Assembly (NCBI GenBank): GCA_001822835.1
Contig: MHSS01000002.1
Location: 1,060-65,059 of the forward strand
Origin: Candidatus Terrybacteria bacterium RIFCSPHIGHO2_01_FULL_48_17
GTDB lineage: Bacteria > Patescibacteriota > Minisyncoccia > Terrybacterales > 2-01-FULL-58-14
Length of the DNA stretch: 64,000 nt
Direction of reading: 5' to 3'
Position 1 is the stretch's first letter. Every line of letters starts with the position of its first letter. Position numbers and translations under genes: made by a program. Positions 26,675-35,916 of the stretch are shown piece by piece. The notes beneath the pieces are model-generated. The model did not search any database, was not told where the DNA came from, and saw only the letters and a program-made list of their open reading frames with translations.

Positions 26675-27595
26675 ATGTCCCGATCTCAAGATATTCCTGT
26701 TTTTCCGTTGATTCCGCGAAAGCGCGTACCGTTTGGCGTCGCATTTGGCCGGTTTATCAGCCAACGGCGGGGGATTGGTTATGACTACCGTGGTCCCCGC
26801 CACTGGGAACCGGGCGACGACATGCACCAACTTGATCACAAAACCACTATGCGCCAAAGCGCTTTTAAGCAGTCGTTTGACCCATGGATACGTGAACATC
26901 ATGCCGATGTTTCGTTACGGGCGGTCGTGATTGTTGACCGCTCCCCGCGCATGCAACGCTATCCCATCTGGTCGCCGTGGCTAAAAAAACCAGAGGCGAT
27001 TGTTCGAGTGGGATCTGTGGTAGTTGCATCGGCAAAACATGCGGGTGCGTTTGTGGGATATCTTGATTTTGCCGATTGGGCAAAGGACCAGGAACCTTTC
27101 TGGCGCCCCCCCAATCAAGAAACCGAAGCGGCAAAAATCATCGAGAAATATCTTCCTCACAAGCACTTTACTGCTCCGAATACCACGCTGAATGATGCGT
27201 TTTTGTTTCTGCTCGGCTTATCCCGTGATCTTCCACAGGAAAGTTTCGTATTCGTACTTTCCGATTTTCTGGCCATACCCGATCGCGAACTTTTCCAAGA
27301 GGTCGTAAACCGTTGGGATACTATTCCTGTGGTTATTCAAGATCCAGTGCTTGAGGCCTCATTTCCTGTTTGGAAGGAGGGCATTATGCCGATACCGGCT
27401 TTTTTGCCTGGTTCTCCCAAAACCGCACGCGGTTCCCGCAAACAACGACAAGAACACGAACAGCGCCTTGCTGCGATTCGCGAAATGTTTTATGAGCTCG
27501 GTCTTGTTCCCGTGTTCGTGAACGATGTAACCCATGAGCATATTTTGCAACGATTTTTTGTGCATGTTGATGAACGAAACGCGATACGGAGGTAA
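26675..27595 (+). CDS. DUF58 domain protein (Bat/MoxR-operon type)
   Basis: 306 aa. The DUF58 signature G..YRGPRHWEPGDDMHQLDHKTTMRQ matches the family consensus (G..F..R.Y..GDD.R.IDWK..AR). Confidence 0.7.
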   Translation: MSRSQDIPVFPLIPRKRVPFGVAFGRFISQRRGIGYDYRGPRHWEPGDDMHQLDHKTTMRQSAFKQSFDPWIREHHADVSLRAVVIVDRSPRMQRYPIWSPWLKKPEAIVRVGSVVVASAKHAGAFVGYLDFADWAKDQEPFWRPPNQETEAAKIIEKYLPHKHFTAPNTTLNDAFLFLLGLSRDLPQESFVFVLSDFLAIPDRELFQEVVNRWDTIPVVIQDPVLEASFPVWKEGIMPIPAFLPGSPKTARGSRKQRQEHEQRLAAIREMFYELGLVPVFVNDVTHEHILQRFFVHVDERNAIRR

Positions 27596-28566
27596 TGATG
27601 CGGAAATTTTTTTTCTTGGGCCTTTTATGCGCGCTTATCGGCGGCTTGGGTATCGCATCCTTCTTATTTTCACGGGGGTGGATACCAGAGGGTCTGCCGC
27701 GCGAGATGGGGCCAAGGGAAACCACGGTTTCAGCAACCTGGCGCAACAGCCATGTTGCATTTGCCGATACCGCCTATCTTGAAGTCGCGGTTGTCGCAAG
27801 CGCGGATTTGGCTGTTCCCGATACCATTACGATTCATTCTCCCATGCAGACGATCGATTTTGTCATCGAGGGGGAAAAGCAAAAAATTGTGCGGTCGGGA
27901 AATCAGATTATCGCGATACGCACCTTTTCATTTCGTTGCCTGACGTGCTTGGCTCGCCAAGATGGTTATAGCTTTTCTCGAGGAGCCATTACACTTCAGC
28001 GAATCAATGCAAAATCTGCATCGACGATACGATATGATCTTCCGAAGCTTTTCATTACCTCGCGTCTTGTTCCGCAGAATCTCGCCGAACCCATCTTTGA
28101 GCCAGATCGCCTTGAGGCGCCGGAATTTTCGCAGCCACATTGGCTGAATACCCTTGTGGTATTTCTGCCGTGGATGTTTGTTGCCGCGACAGTTGGCGCA
28201 ATTGTTTGGACGGCGCTGTTTGTTTTGAGAAAGGAACCGTCTTCGGCTGCCCAAAAGATTACTCTTCGTTTGTGCTGCAGCAAACTTCGCAGCATTGCCA
28301 AAGCGGTGCCAAGGGCCTCTACGCGCGAGGAAATACAGCGCCTGTGCGATTCGGCGTGGTACTGGTTTGCCGAAGCACTGAATCTTATCGGAACGAGCGA
28401 AGTCCAAGAAACTATTCTTAAGCGGCTTGACGCGTTTGCTTTTGGCGAGCCACAAGATCTTCCCGTGGACCAATTTCGAACCGTCGCCCACGAGGAAATA
28501 GTCGGGGCGCTCTTGAGTGTTCGTAAATTACGTTTTGGGAGAATACGGCGATGGATTGGTTGGTGA
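27595..28566 (+). CDS. membrane protein, hypothetical (Bat-cluster member)
   Basis: 323 aa. N-terminal TM and a central TM (VVFLPWMFVAATVGAIVWTALFVL). Start overlaps the upstream stop (ATGA). Confidence 0.5.
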   Translation: MMRKFFFLGLLCALIGGLGIASFLFSRGWIPEGLPREMGPRETTVSATWRNSHVAFADTAYLEVAVVASADLAVPDTITIHSPMQTIDFVIEGEKQKIVRSGNQIIAIRTFSFRCLTCLARQDGYSFSRGAITLQRINAKSASTIRYDLPKLFITSRLVPQNLAEPIFEPDRLEAPEFSQPHWLNTLVVFLPWMFVAATVGAIVWTALFVLRKEPSSAAQKITLRLCCSKLRSIAKAVPRASTREEIQRLCDSAWYWFAEALNLIGTSEVQETILKRLDAFAFGEPQDLPVDQFRTVAHEEIVGALLSVRKLRFGRIRRWIGW

Positions 28567-29468
28567 GCAATACAACACTGTCGCCCGTAGTTCTTGCGGG
28601 TGTTCCTATTGTCGTTGGTGCGGCTACGTTGCTTCTTTTCGCATTTGCGCGGCAGCCGATGTTTATGGAGACAGAGAAGCGCACGATATTGTTGCGTTTT
28701 CTCGCCCCTGTTCTTGTTGTATGCGCCGTAGTGTCGGGTTCTGTGGGCCTTATGTTGGGCCTTGCGTCAAGCGGGATTGAGCGTGAACAGGTTATCGTAC
28801 GCACAACTCCTTTGCTCGACTGCATTTTTGTCTTTGACGTTTCTGGATCCATGGGAACAAGACAGGGCCAGCGCGATCTTGTGGTGAAAATCGAAGAATA
28901 TATGGCAGAACACGCCGGGGGCGCTCGCTGCAGCACGATTGCCTTTAGTGATGATGCGGTTGAGGTCGTTGCCCACACACATGAGCACGCGCTCATTTTG
29001 GGGGGTATCGAGTTTGCGCAAGATCAATTAAGCGGGGGCACAAACATTTCCGCAGGCATCCAAAGGGCATATCAAGCGTGGCAGCGCGCAGGAAAGCCGT
29101 CCTCAATTAAAATATTTTTGGTAAGCGACTTGTTAGACGGAAATTCTGGAGAGTATCTCGTCCCCGTAAAAGCTTTGCTGACGGAAGGCGCCGACGTAAC
29201 CATTGTATGGGTTTCGGCGGGAGTGAATCGACGCACCGATCTGAATGCCCAAGTGGTTGAGCTTCGCGCGAGCGGCGCGGCAATTGTGCCGGTCGAGAGC
29301 GAAGAGGGTATTTCCAACATTCCTCTCTCGTTTGATCCTCGGTACCCCCAAGAACAACGAATTGCGCCTTCTGTTTCCGGGCACATTCCACCAAATCTGT
29401 TGATTGCGGGGGGGCTTCTTATGTTCGTTCTTTTCGTTACGCTTTTCCCCTGGGTTCGATGGAGGTGA
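28551..29468 (+). CDS. VWA-domain membrane protein (BatA-like)
   Basis: 305 aa. Two N-terminal TMs, a VWA MIDAS motif DVSGSM, and a C-terminal TM. Confidence 0.7.
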   Translation: MDWLVSNTTLSPVVLAGVPIVVGAATLLLFAFARQPMFMETEKRTILLRFLAPVLVVCAVVSGSVGLMLGLASSGIEREQVIVRTTPLLDCIFVFDVSGSMGTRQGQRDLVVKIEEYMAEHAGGARCSTIAFSDDAVEVVAHTHEHALILGGIEFAQDQLSGGTNISAGIQRAYQAWQRAGKPSSIKIFLVSDLLDGNSGEYLVPVKALLTEGADVTIVWVSAGVNRRTDLNAQVVELRASGAAIVPVESEEGISNIPLSFDPRYPQEQRIAPSVSGHIPPNLLIAGGLLMFVLFVTLFPWVRWR

Positions 29469-29473
29469 TTTGA

Positions 29474-30037
29474 ATGAGACGCATGCTTGTTCTTTTTCTG
29501 CTTACGATAGTGACGGTTGCTGTATTTGCGGCATCGACCTTGGTATCACGCACGAGTGAACTTGTCTTGCAAGGGGATCGATCGTTTTTGGCGACGCAAG
29601 CGGCGCCCGAAGCATATAAGAAGCTTGAACAACAACCCTGGCAGTTTACGTTTGAGCAATTAGTCCCAGAGGACGAACGCCTGTTGCGCAGAGCATTGGC
29701 GGAAGGCGATCCCGTTTTGCTGCAAACTTTGTTGGTTTCTTCTGATCCTGAAATTGCTTCTTATGCGGCGTTAGTGCTTGGTAGAATCTTTATCGATGCC
29801 GCAGTGTCGCAACAAAATCCCGAATTTGTACAAACGGCACTTGCGCTTTTTATGCAAGCCGCGCGCCTCAATGAGGAAAACGAGGATGCCAAGTATAACC
29901 TCGAGCTTTTGTTCGTTCTCCTTCAAGCTAATCCGCAGTTTCCAAATCCCGGGAACGACTCGGGAGACGAAGGGGACACGGGCGCTAATGGCGGAGACAA
30001 GGGCGCTGGACGCGGCCCATTGGGCGGGGGGTATTAG
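29474..30037 (+). CDS. TPR-like membrane-anchored protein (BatC-like)
   Basis: 187 aa with an N-terminal TM, helical repeats, and a Gly/Asp-rich tail. Confidence 0.5.
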   Translation: MRRMLVLFLLTIVTVAVFAASTLVSRTSELVLQGDRSFLATQAAPEAYKKLEQQPWQFTFEQLVPEDERLLRRALAEGDPVLLQTLLVSSDPEIASYAALVLGRIFIDAAVSQQNPEFVQTALALFMQAARLNEENEDAKYNLELLFVLLQANPQFPNPGNDSGDEGDTGANGGDKGAGRGPLGGGY

Positions 30038-30039
30038 CG

Positions 30040-31134
30040 ATGAATATCACGTTTTTGGCGCCCGAGCAGGCGCTCTGGGGCTTGACCTTTGTTGCTGCTT
30101 TTTTCTATCTGATACTCTCAGACAGGAAGGCTGTCCGCGTTAGGCGCGCGTTCGCTTTACCAAATATTGGGTACCGCCGTACGTTCATTTCAGGATTTCT
30201 CCTTTTGGTTCTTGCTGCATCTTTTGCAGCAATTGCCGCGCGTCCGGTAACGTTCGCGAAGGAACCAATAGGCGTTCGCCAAGACGCTGCCATCGTCTTT
30301 CTGTTTGATGCCTCTGAAAGCATGGCAGCAGAACCCGTTGCGACGAGCGGGGCACTCAACCGACTTGAGCGCGCAAAGCTTATGGCACAGGAAGTTGCCG
30401 AGGCCCATCCTGATATTCCGACGGGCATTTATGCCTTTACCGATATTCTTGTTCCGCATCTTCCGGTTTCGTCCGATCGCAATGCGATTCGTGTCGCTCT
30501 TGCTGACGTAGTAAAAATCGGATCGGTTCCCGTACGCACGTACACCATTGAGAGTTCTCCCGGAGTTATTACAACCCTGCAACCCATTATCTTGCGCGCA
30601 CGTTATCTGTTTCCGGAATACACGACGCAACGCATACTCGTGGTGTTCTCTGACGGGGATTTCGCATCCAGTACCCGTTACGCAATCCCCGCGATTTCCG
30701 AGCGACTTTTACAGAACCACATTAAATTGGTTACCGTAGCGGTTGGGAACTGGCATGAGCGTATTCCGGAAGTTACCAAAGAAGGGATGCGTACCGGCAG
30801 ATACGTCCGGCATATCCCTGCCGTTGACGAACAGTTTTTGCGTACGTTTGCGGAAGAATCGCAGGGAATGCATCTCACGGAATCCGATAGCGCAGAACTC
30901 GGACGTTTTGTCGGAGAAACGGTTGTCGATTCCGCACGAGACGCTTCCCTTGAGCGGATCGTTGTAAAAGATAGGACGTGGTGGTTCGTAATCGTTGCGG
31001 CCTCCGCCCTGATTCTTTTGGTGCTTTGGAGGTTGGGGACAATGATTTTGCTTCGTTCGGTTGCCAGCCATGCAGTAAAAATTGTTTTGCGCATGGCACG
31101 AATAGTTCTTTCTTTAAGATTAAGATACCGTTAA
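30040..31134 (+). CDS. VWA-domain membrane protein (BatB-like)
   Basis: 364 aa. Two N-terminal TMs, a MIDAS motif DASESM, and a C-terminal TM. Confidence 0.7.
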   Translation: MNITFLAPEQALWGLTFVAAFFYLILSDRKAVRVRRAFALPNIGYRRTFISGFLLLVLAASFAAIAARPVTFAKEPIGVRQDAAIVFLFDASESMAAEPVATSGALNRLERAKLMAQEVAEAHPDIPTGIYAFTDILVPHLPVSSDRNAIRVALADVVKIGSVPVRTYTIESSPGVITTLQPIILRARYLFPEYTTQRILVVFSDGDFASSTRYAIPAISERLLQNHIKLVTVAVGNWHERIPEVTKEGMRTGRYVRHIPAVDEQFLRTFAEESQGMHLTESDSAELGRFVGETVVDSARDASLERIVVKDRTWWFVIVAASALILLVLWRLGTMILLRSVASHAVKIVLRMARIVLSLRLRYR

Positions 31135-31181
31135 CCCTCGGCGCTTGCGCATCCGGGGGTTTTGTTTTATGAAGAAAAGAG

Positions 31182-31697
31182 ATGACGTTATCCAAGCAAG
31201 ATTTTTTTAGCCCGACCGTCGGACGGCTTTCGTTTGACGGAGTAGTGTATGCAATTGTGGGGTTGGTGCGCGAGTATCCTGGCGCACCTTTTCGTATCAG
31301 TGTCGGGACCGATTCCGAAGAGATTTTGGGGCACGTGAAATTTATGACGGTTATTCATGTATGGCGCATAGGACATGGTGCGCGCGCATTTCGTACCGAG
31401 GGCAATGGATCAGAAATAAAAACCGGGACACCGAAAAACTTCCGGCCGCGCATTTACGAGGAGATTTTACGCACGGCCACGTTAGCTCAAGAGCTGCGAT
31501 CGGCCCTTCGCGAAGCGTTTGGTGACCCGAATCTTGAAGATATCGAGGTGCATGCCGACGTATCAGAAACAGGAGGCACTTCCTCGATGTTGCGCGAGGT
31601 GATTGGGATGCTGAAGGGTTATGGATTTGCCGATGCCCTTATCAAAATAAAACCGGAAGCATATGCGGCGTCTGCGGTAGCGGATCATTATATTTAG
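31182..31697 (+). CDS. conserved hypothetical protein (possibly RNase H-like YkuK/DUF458 family)
   Basis: 171 aa soluble protein with acidic residues in RISVGTDSE and HADVSETGG. The family assignment is tentative. Confidence 0.4.
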   Translation: MTLSKQDFFSPTVGRLSFDGVVYAIVGLVREYPGAPFRISVGTDSEEILGHVKFMTVIHVWRIGHGARAFRTEGNGSEIKTGTPKNFRPRIYEEILRTATLAQELRSALREAFGDPNLEDIEVHADVSETGGTSSMLREVIGMLKGYGFADALIKIKPEAYAASAVADHYI

Positions 31698-31775
31698 GGA
31701 ATGGGGGTGTAGGGCTTAGGAAGTCGACTAGAATATGTATGAAGAAATATTCAATGAAAGCGGCAAAGAGGGGCA

Positions 31776-31805
31776 GGACGGCATATCGGACGCCGTCTGT
31801 TTTTC
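31776..31805 (+). terminator. Rho-independent terminator
   Basis: gacggc-atatcggac-gccgtc hairpin then tgtttttc. Confidence 0.5.
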
Positions 31806-31828
31806 GCTATAAAAAAGAAAAAGATGTT

Positions 31829-31857
31829 TTGACAAAAAAGGCAAACGTGGGTTATAA
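31829..31857 (+). promoter_or_regulatory. candidate sigma-70 promoter of the CYTH/kinase pair
   Basis: TTGACA, 17 nt, TTATAA, about 35 nt upstream of the GTG start. Confidence 0.45.
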
Positions 31858-31891
31858 CAGAAAGCCCTAGCACCTTGAAAGGAACAAATGG

Positions 31892-32590
31892 GTGTCTCAG
31901 GAAGTTGAGCTGAAGTGGAGAGTGCGCACGTTCGATCGAGTTTTGATGGGAATGTGGCAGCTTGTAGTTGGAAGGCCTTTGCTTACGCGCTTGCGACGAT
32001 CAATTCCGCACCTTTCCGGTATGTCCGCCAATGATTTGCGTGCAAAATTTGGGCCGAATATTGTTGGTCGGCACCCTTGGGTATTTGAAAGGAATATTAA
32101 ATATGATACGCCAAGCGGCAAAGATGGTCGTTTGCGCATGGTGGTATCGCATTATGGCGTTCACGGCGCAGCGGATAGGATTTTTGAGCTTACGCTAAAG
32201 CAATTTGTCCCGCATCCCGATTTTCAAATTCAGGATGAGGTCAGCATTCCTTTAGTAGGCGTTTCGGGAAACGGTATCCAACATTGGTTGCGTAGCTGCG
32301 GTTGGAAACAGCGATGGGTATATGAGAACAGACGTACCGATATTCGAATATCCGGAGTGGTAGTGTCATTGCGCAGCTTTCCGGCTTTTGGGCTTTGGGT
32401 AGAGATTGAAGGATTGCCTGACGATATCTTGCGCGTGGCGCGGGCATTTGGCTTAAGACCAAACCGCGCAGTGCGCGAGGGTTGGCATTCTATATGGCAA
32501 GAATTCTGTAGAACACATCGGGGGTATGATCCCGACAATCTTACGTTTTCCGCCATAAAATTCGCAAAAAAGGAGAAGAAGAATGGGTGA
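31892..32590 (+). CDS. CYTH-domain protein (CyaB/ThTPase-type triphosphate tunnel metalloenzyme)
   Basis: 232 aa. The N-terminal EVELKWRV strand matches the CYTH ExExK signature. GTG start with AAAGGA SD. Confidence 0.5.
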   Translation: MSQEVELKWRVRTFDRVLMGMWQLVVGRPLLTRLRRSIPHLSGMSANDLRAKFGPNIVGRHPWVFERNIKYDTPSGKDGRLRMVVSHYGVHGAADRIFELTLKQFVPHPDFQIQDEVSIPLVGVSGNGIQHWLRSCGWKQRWVYENRRTDIRISGVVVSLRSFPAFGLWVEIEGLPDDILRVARAFGLRPNRAVREGWHSIWQEFCRTHRGYDPDNLTFSAIKFAKKEKKNG

Positions 32591-33233
32591 TGTACAAGTG
32601 AAAATTGCAGTGCCTGGAGGGCCGGGTTCTGGCAAGTCAACGCTGGTAAAGCTTCTTTCGGTGGCGCTCGGGGACGAACGGAGGGTTGGGCGCGTCATTG
32701 CTTCCGAAGCCCCTGTCGAATACGCACGTACATTTATTGACCGTCGGGCCAAGAGAGAGCTGGTGAAGGGGAAAATGGTGCCCGGACGACCCTTAAATGT
32801 ATATGATCAAGTGCTCTTGTACCTCGGGCAAAAACGGCGCGAGGAAGATCTTGCCGACTATCCGATTCTTATTACCGATAGCCCCACCTTTTTTCCCTAC
32901 GTCTATTTCGAGGAGGTTGAGAAGCTCGAGGGAATCATCGGTGATTTTACGCGAGATCTGATCCGGAGATTTTTGGAACAGCACGCCTATCAAGATGCGC
33001 ATAATTATGACCTTATTCTTTTTGCGCCGCCGAATATTCCATTTAGAACGGATCCTACGCGATGGCAGCAAGATTTCAAGCAGCGCAAGCGCACGTCCGA
33101 TCGCATTGAGGCATTTTTGATGTTAAACAATGTTTCCTATGTGCGCTTACGAGCGCGTTCCCGACAGGGAAGGGTGCGCGAAGCGCTGAAACATATAATT
33201 CCGCTTTTAGAAAATGAACTCGCCCCGAAATAG
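32583..33233 (+). CDS. P-loop NTPase / nucleoside-kinase-like ATP-binding protein
   Basis: 216 aa with Walker A GGPGSGKST. Overlaps the CYTH gene by 8 nt (translational coupling). Confidence 0.55.
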   Translation: MGDVQVKIAVPGGPGSGKSTLVKLLSVALGDERRVGRVIASEAPVEYARTFIDRRAKRELVKGKMVPGRPLNVYDQVLLYLGQKRREEDLADYPILITDSPTFFPYVYFEEVEKLEGIIGDFTRDLIRRFLEQHAYQDAHNYDLILFAPPNIPFRTDPTRWQQDFKQRKRTSDRIEAFLMLNNVSYVRLRARSRQGRVREALKHIIPLLENELAPK

Positions 33234-33246
33234 CTCGGGGCGATTT

Positions 33247-33537
33247 TTACTCTTCGGTCCAGTACTTTACTTCAGGGTCGGATGCGCCTCCGACCTTGAT
33301 GCGTGGAGGAGGGCTATAAATTTTCTGTTCTCTCCCATCAGGGAGTTTCTCGAAAACCTTCAGCCAGTCTGGGTTGTAGTGGAGCGGCCAGTTTGCTCCT
33401 TTGCGCTCGCGGCTCTTCAACTCAAGGAGAAGCTTGCCGCGCGCGCTTTGAAGGTCCGGCGCTTCGATGATTTCGTTAATCGCCGGTCTCATATCGTTGA
33501 AGCGGCCGACAAAATGGAACGTAGTCACGGGACCCAC
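33247..33537 (-). CDS. hypothetical protein (GTG start; possibly the 3' part of a frameshifted gene)
   Basis: 96 aa ORF overlapping the upstream ORF by 13 nt. Confidence 0.35.
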   Translation of the reverse strand: MGPVTTFHFVGRFNDMRPAINEIIEAPDLQSARGKLLLELKSRERKGANWPLHYNPDWLKVFEKLPDGREQKIYSPPPRIKVGGASDPEVKYWTEE

Positions 33538-33746
33538 GTTTTATTGTCGGTGATGTCGGTGACTTCGCAGTCGCCAAGATAGGGCCGGAAATTTGGGTTT
33601 GTGCTTTGGTCTTCCAAGCGCCTCGCGATGAGCCACCGTGCTTGTTTTGGAGAGATCGCCCAACAGTATTTTCTTATCTCCCCGAAGTTAGGTACAATAC
33701 CTTCCACGCGATAGTGTCGTTTCTTCGGGTTTATACGTTTGGGCAT
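33525..33746 (-). CDS. hypothetical basic protein
   Basis: 73 aa (MPKRINPKKRHYRVEG...). AAGGAAG SD inside the upstream mini-ORF. Confidence 0.4.
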   Translation of the reverse strand: MPKRINPKKRHYRVEGIVPNFGEIRKYCWAISPKQARWLIARRLEDQSTNPNFRPYLGDCEVTDITDNKTWVP

Positions 33747-33862
33747 TGCCCGCTTCCTTTGCAGTGCGCGCAGGCGCCCAGTTTAATGCTTCCCGCAATG
33801 AGCGCCATGCCCGTGCCATTGCAGGGCCTGCAGCGCGTACCGCCGCAGCATTGGTTCTTCAT
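33731..33862 (-). CDS. 43-aa DnaJ-type zinc-finger mini-protein (2x CxxCxGxG)
   Basis: MKNQCCGGTRCRPCNGTGMALIAGSIKLGACAHCKGSGQCPNV. AGGAGG SD 6 nt upstream. 16-nt overlap with the next gene. Not in the ORF track (shorter than 60 aa). Confidence 0.45.
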   Translation of the reverse strand: MKNQCCGGTRCRPCNGTGMALIAGSIKLGACAHCKGSGQCPNV

Positions 33863-33949
33863 TCCCGTCCTCCTTTAACCTGTTGTAAACCGGATCATTT
33901 TATGCTATCCTTTTTATATCATACTTTAATGTTCTTGTCAATATTTTCT

Positions 33950-34021
33950 GCCCCTATAGCTCAACGGACAGAGCGCAAGCCTCCGGAGCTTGAGATCGGG
34001 GTTCGATTCCTCGTAGGGGTA
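33950..34021 (+). tRNA. tRNA-Arg (anticodon CCG)
   Basis: Hand-folded cloverleaf: acceptor gccccta/taggggt (G1:U72), D-arm gctc/gagc, anticodon loop ctCCGga, T-arm cgggg-ttcgatt-cctcg, discriminator A. Confidence 0.75.
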
Positions 34022-34213
34022 CGGGTTTGGTGCGGGGCGGAGCTGAAGATTGCGCGTTCGAGTCGCGCCAGAGACGCCGTGCTTTTTAAGAAAGAAGCGT
34101 GCCATCCGGAAAGGCACCCCCCTTGTGCTTCTTAAGCGCTATAATCAAAAGAAAGTTGGGAAATGATGATATAATGCCGCCAGGAAGGCGGCATTTCTGT
34201 TATAATATAAAAT

Positions 34214-34549
34214 ATGGAATCTTCCGCGGAACATACGGGCGAGCAACAGAAGGACAATCTTCATAGGGGTATTGATATCGTTATGGAAATTGCCGCGCGG
34301 CACGAACAAAAGCTTCGTGAGCTGATTGAACGGAAGGGCGGCGAGATGCCGATTAATCCTATCGTGGATGGCCCGATAACTTCAGAGGGGCTTAGTAATG
34401 AATTTGAAACATTGGCGCGCGAGCATGGAGTTGATCTTGAAGATTTTTATCAACGGGCAGGGAGCTGGACGCTTTTCGGCCATCAGTTTGAGGGAGCTGC
34501 CTGGTATCAAATTCTCATGCATCACGTGCGCGAAGGGCAAAAACATTAA
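34214..34549 (+). CDS. hypothetical protein
   Basis: 111 aa ORF. A small hairpin immediately upstream. Confidence 0.4.
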   Translation: MESSAEHTGEQQKDNLHRGIDIVMEIAARHEQKLRELIERKGGEMPINPIVDGPITSEGLSNEFETLAREHGVDLEDFYQRAGSWTLFGHQFEGAAWYQILMHHVREGQKH

Positions 34550-34562
34550 CACGCAATATCTT

Positions 34563-35912
34563 ATGGCAAAACTTACGTTTCTTGGCGGAGCTCGTTCGGT
34601 AACCGGAGCGCAATACCTTTTGGAAACGAATAGCGCACGGATTTTAATTGACTGTGGCCTTACCCAGGGTTGTCATTTTTGCGAGGGTGCCAACATTCGT
34701 CCATTTTCGTTTGATCTTTCACGACTCGATTTGGTAATTATAACCCATGCCCACGTTGATCATGTGGGACTTATCCCAAAACTTGCCAAAGAGGGCTATC
34801 GCGGGCCGATTTACGCAACCCCTGCAACCATTGAAATGGCAAAACTTATGTTAGACGACAGCGCGGACCTTTTAGGACATGAAGCCCGCGAACGTGGAGA
34901 AGAGGCGCCGTATACGCAGCAAGATCTTGTGCAGACATTTCCGTTATTTCGTTCGCTCGACTATGAACACAAGGGAACCGCCAAGGACGTTTCCTTTTCC
35001 TTCCATGAAGCAGGACACGTGCTTGGGTCAGGCGTTGTTGAAATTGAAGCAGAAGGAATGCGTCTTGCGTTTTCTGGAGATCTTGGTAACCCCCCAGCTT
35101 CTTTGCTTCGGCTTCCCGAGGCAATACCTAATTCAAATTATGTCATTGTGGAATCCGCCTACGGCGACCGTATTCATGAAGACCGTAGCCGCCGTCGAGA
35201 AATCCTGGAAGACGTGGTGGAAGATACCGTACGGCGCGGCGGGACGTTGCTTATCCCTGCTTTTGCGTTTGAGCGCACGCAAGAAATTTTACATGAATTG
35301 CACGATCTTATGGAAACCCGCAAGATTCCGCGTCTCCCCGTTTTTCTCGACAGTCCCCTCGCCATTCGGGCCGTTGATATCTTTCGGCAGTTTGAGCATT
35401 ACTTCAACAAAGAGGCCGTTACGCACACGATTCGCGGAGACGAACTTTTTAAATTTCCAAACGTCAGTTTTTGTCGAACGGTTGAGGAATCAAAACATAT
35501 TAATGACATTCTGCCGCCCAAAATTATTATCGCCGGTTCCGGCATGATGCAAGGGGGGCGGATTTTACACCACGCACGGCGTTATCTTCCCGATGATAAA
35601 TCTAGCTTGCTGATTCTTGGGTTTCAGGCTGGAGGTTCGTTGGGTCGGCAACTTTTATCAAAGGCGAAACGCGTACGAATCTTGGGCGAAAATGTTTCGG
35701 TCCGCTGCAGGGTTAAAGCAATTGGCGGCTACTCGGCTCATGCGGATCAAGAAGGTCTTATGCAATGGGTGCGCGCATGCGGAAAACCCAAGAAAGTGTT
35801 TGTGGTTCAGGGCGAGGAAGCCGCCTCATTGGCATTGCGCCAACGTATACGAGACGAGATGGGATTTGATGTGATGGTGCCTTATAGGGGAGATATGGTC
35901 GTGTTAGAATAA
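34563..35912 (+). CDS. beta-CASP family MBL-fold ribonuclease (RNase J / CPSF73-like)
   Basis: 449 aa from MAKLTFLGG. MBL motifs HAHVDHVG and GHVLGSG, plus beta-CASP motifs and an RNA-specificity C-terminus. Confidence 0.8.
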   Translation: MAKLTFLGGARSVTGAQYLLETNSARILIDCGLTQGCHFCEGANIRPFSFDLSRLDLVIITHAHVDHVGLIPKLAKEGYRGPIYATPATIEMAKLMLDDSADLLGHEARERGEEAPYTQQDLVQTFPLFRSLDYEHKGTAKDVSFSFHEAGHVLGSGVVEIEAEGMRLAFSGDLGNPPASLLRLPEAIPNSNYVIVESAYGDRIHEDRSRRREILEDVVEDTVRRGGTLLIPAFAFERTQEILHELHDLMETRKIPRLPVFLDSPLAIRAVDIFRQFEHYFNKEAVTHTIRGDELFKFPNVSFCRTVEESKHINDILPPKIIIAGSGMMQGGRILHHARRYLPDDKSSLLILGFQAGGSLGRQLLSKAKRVRILGENVSVRCRVKAIGGYSAHADQEGLMQWVRACGKPKKVFVVQGEEAASLALRQRIRDEMGFDVMVPYRGDMVVLE

Positions 35913-35916
35913 ACGC

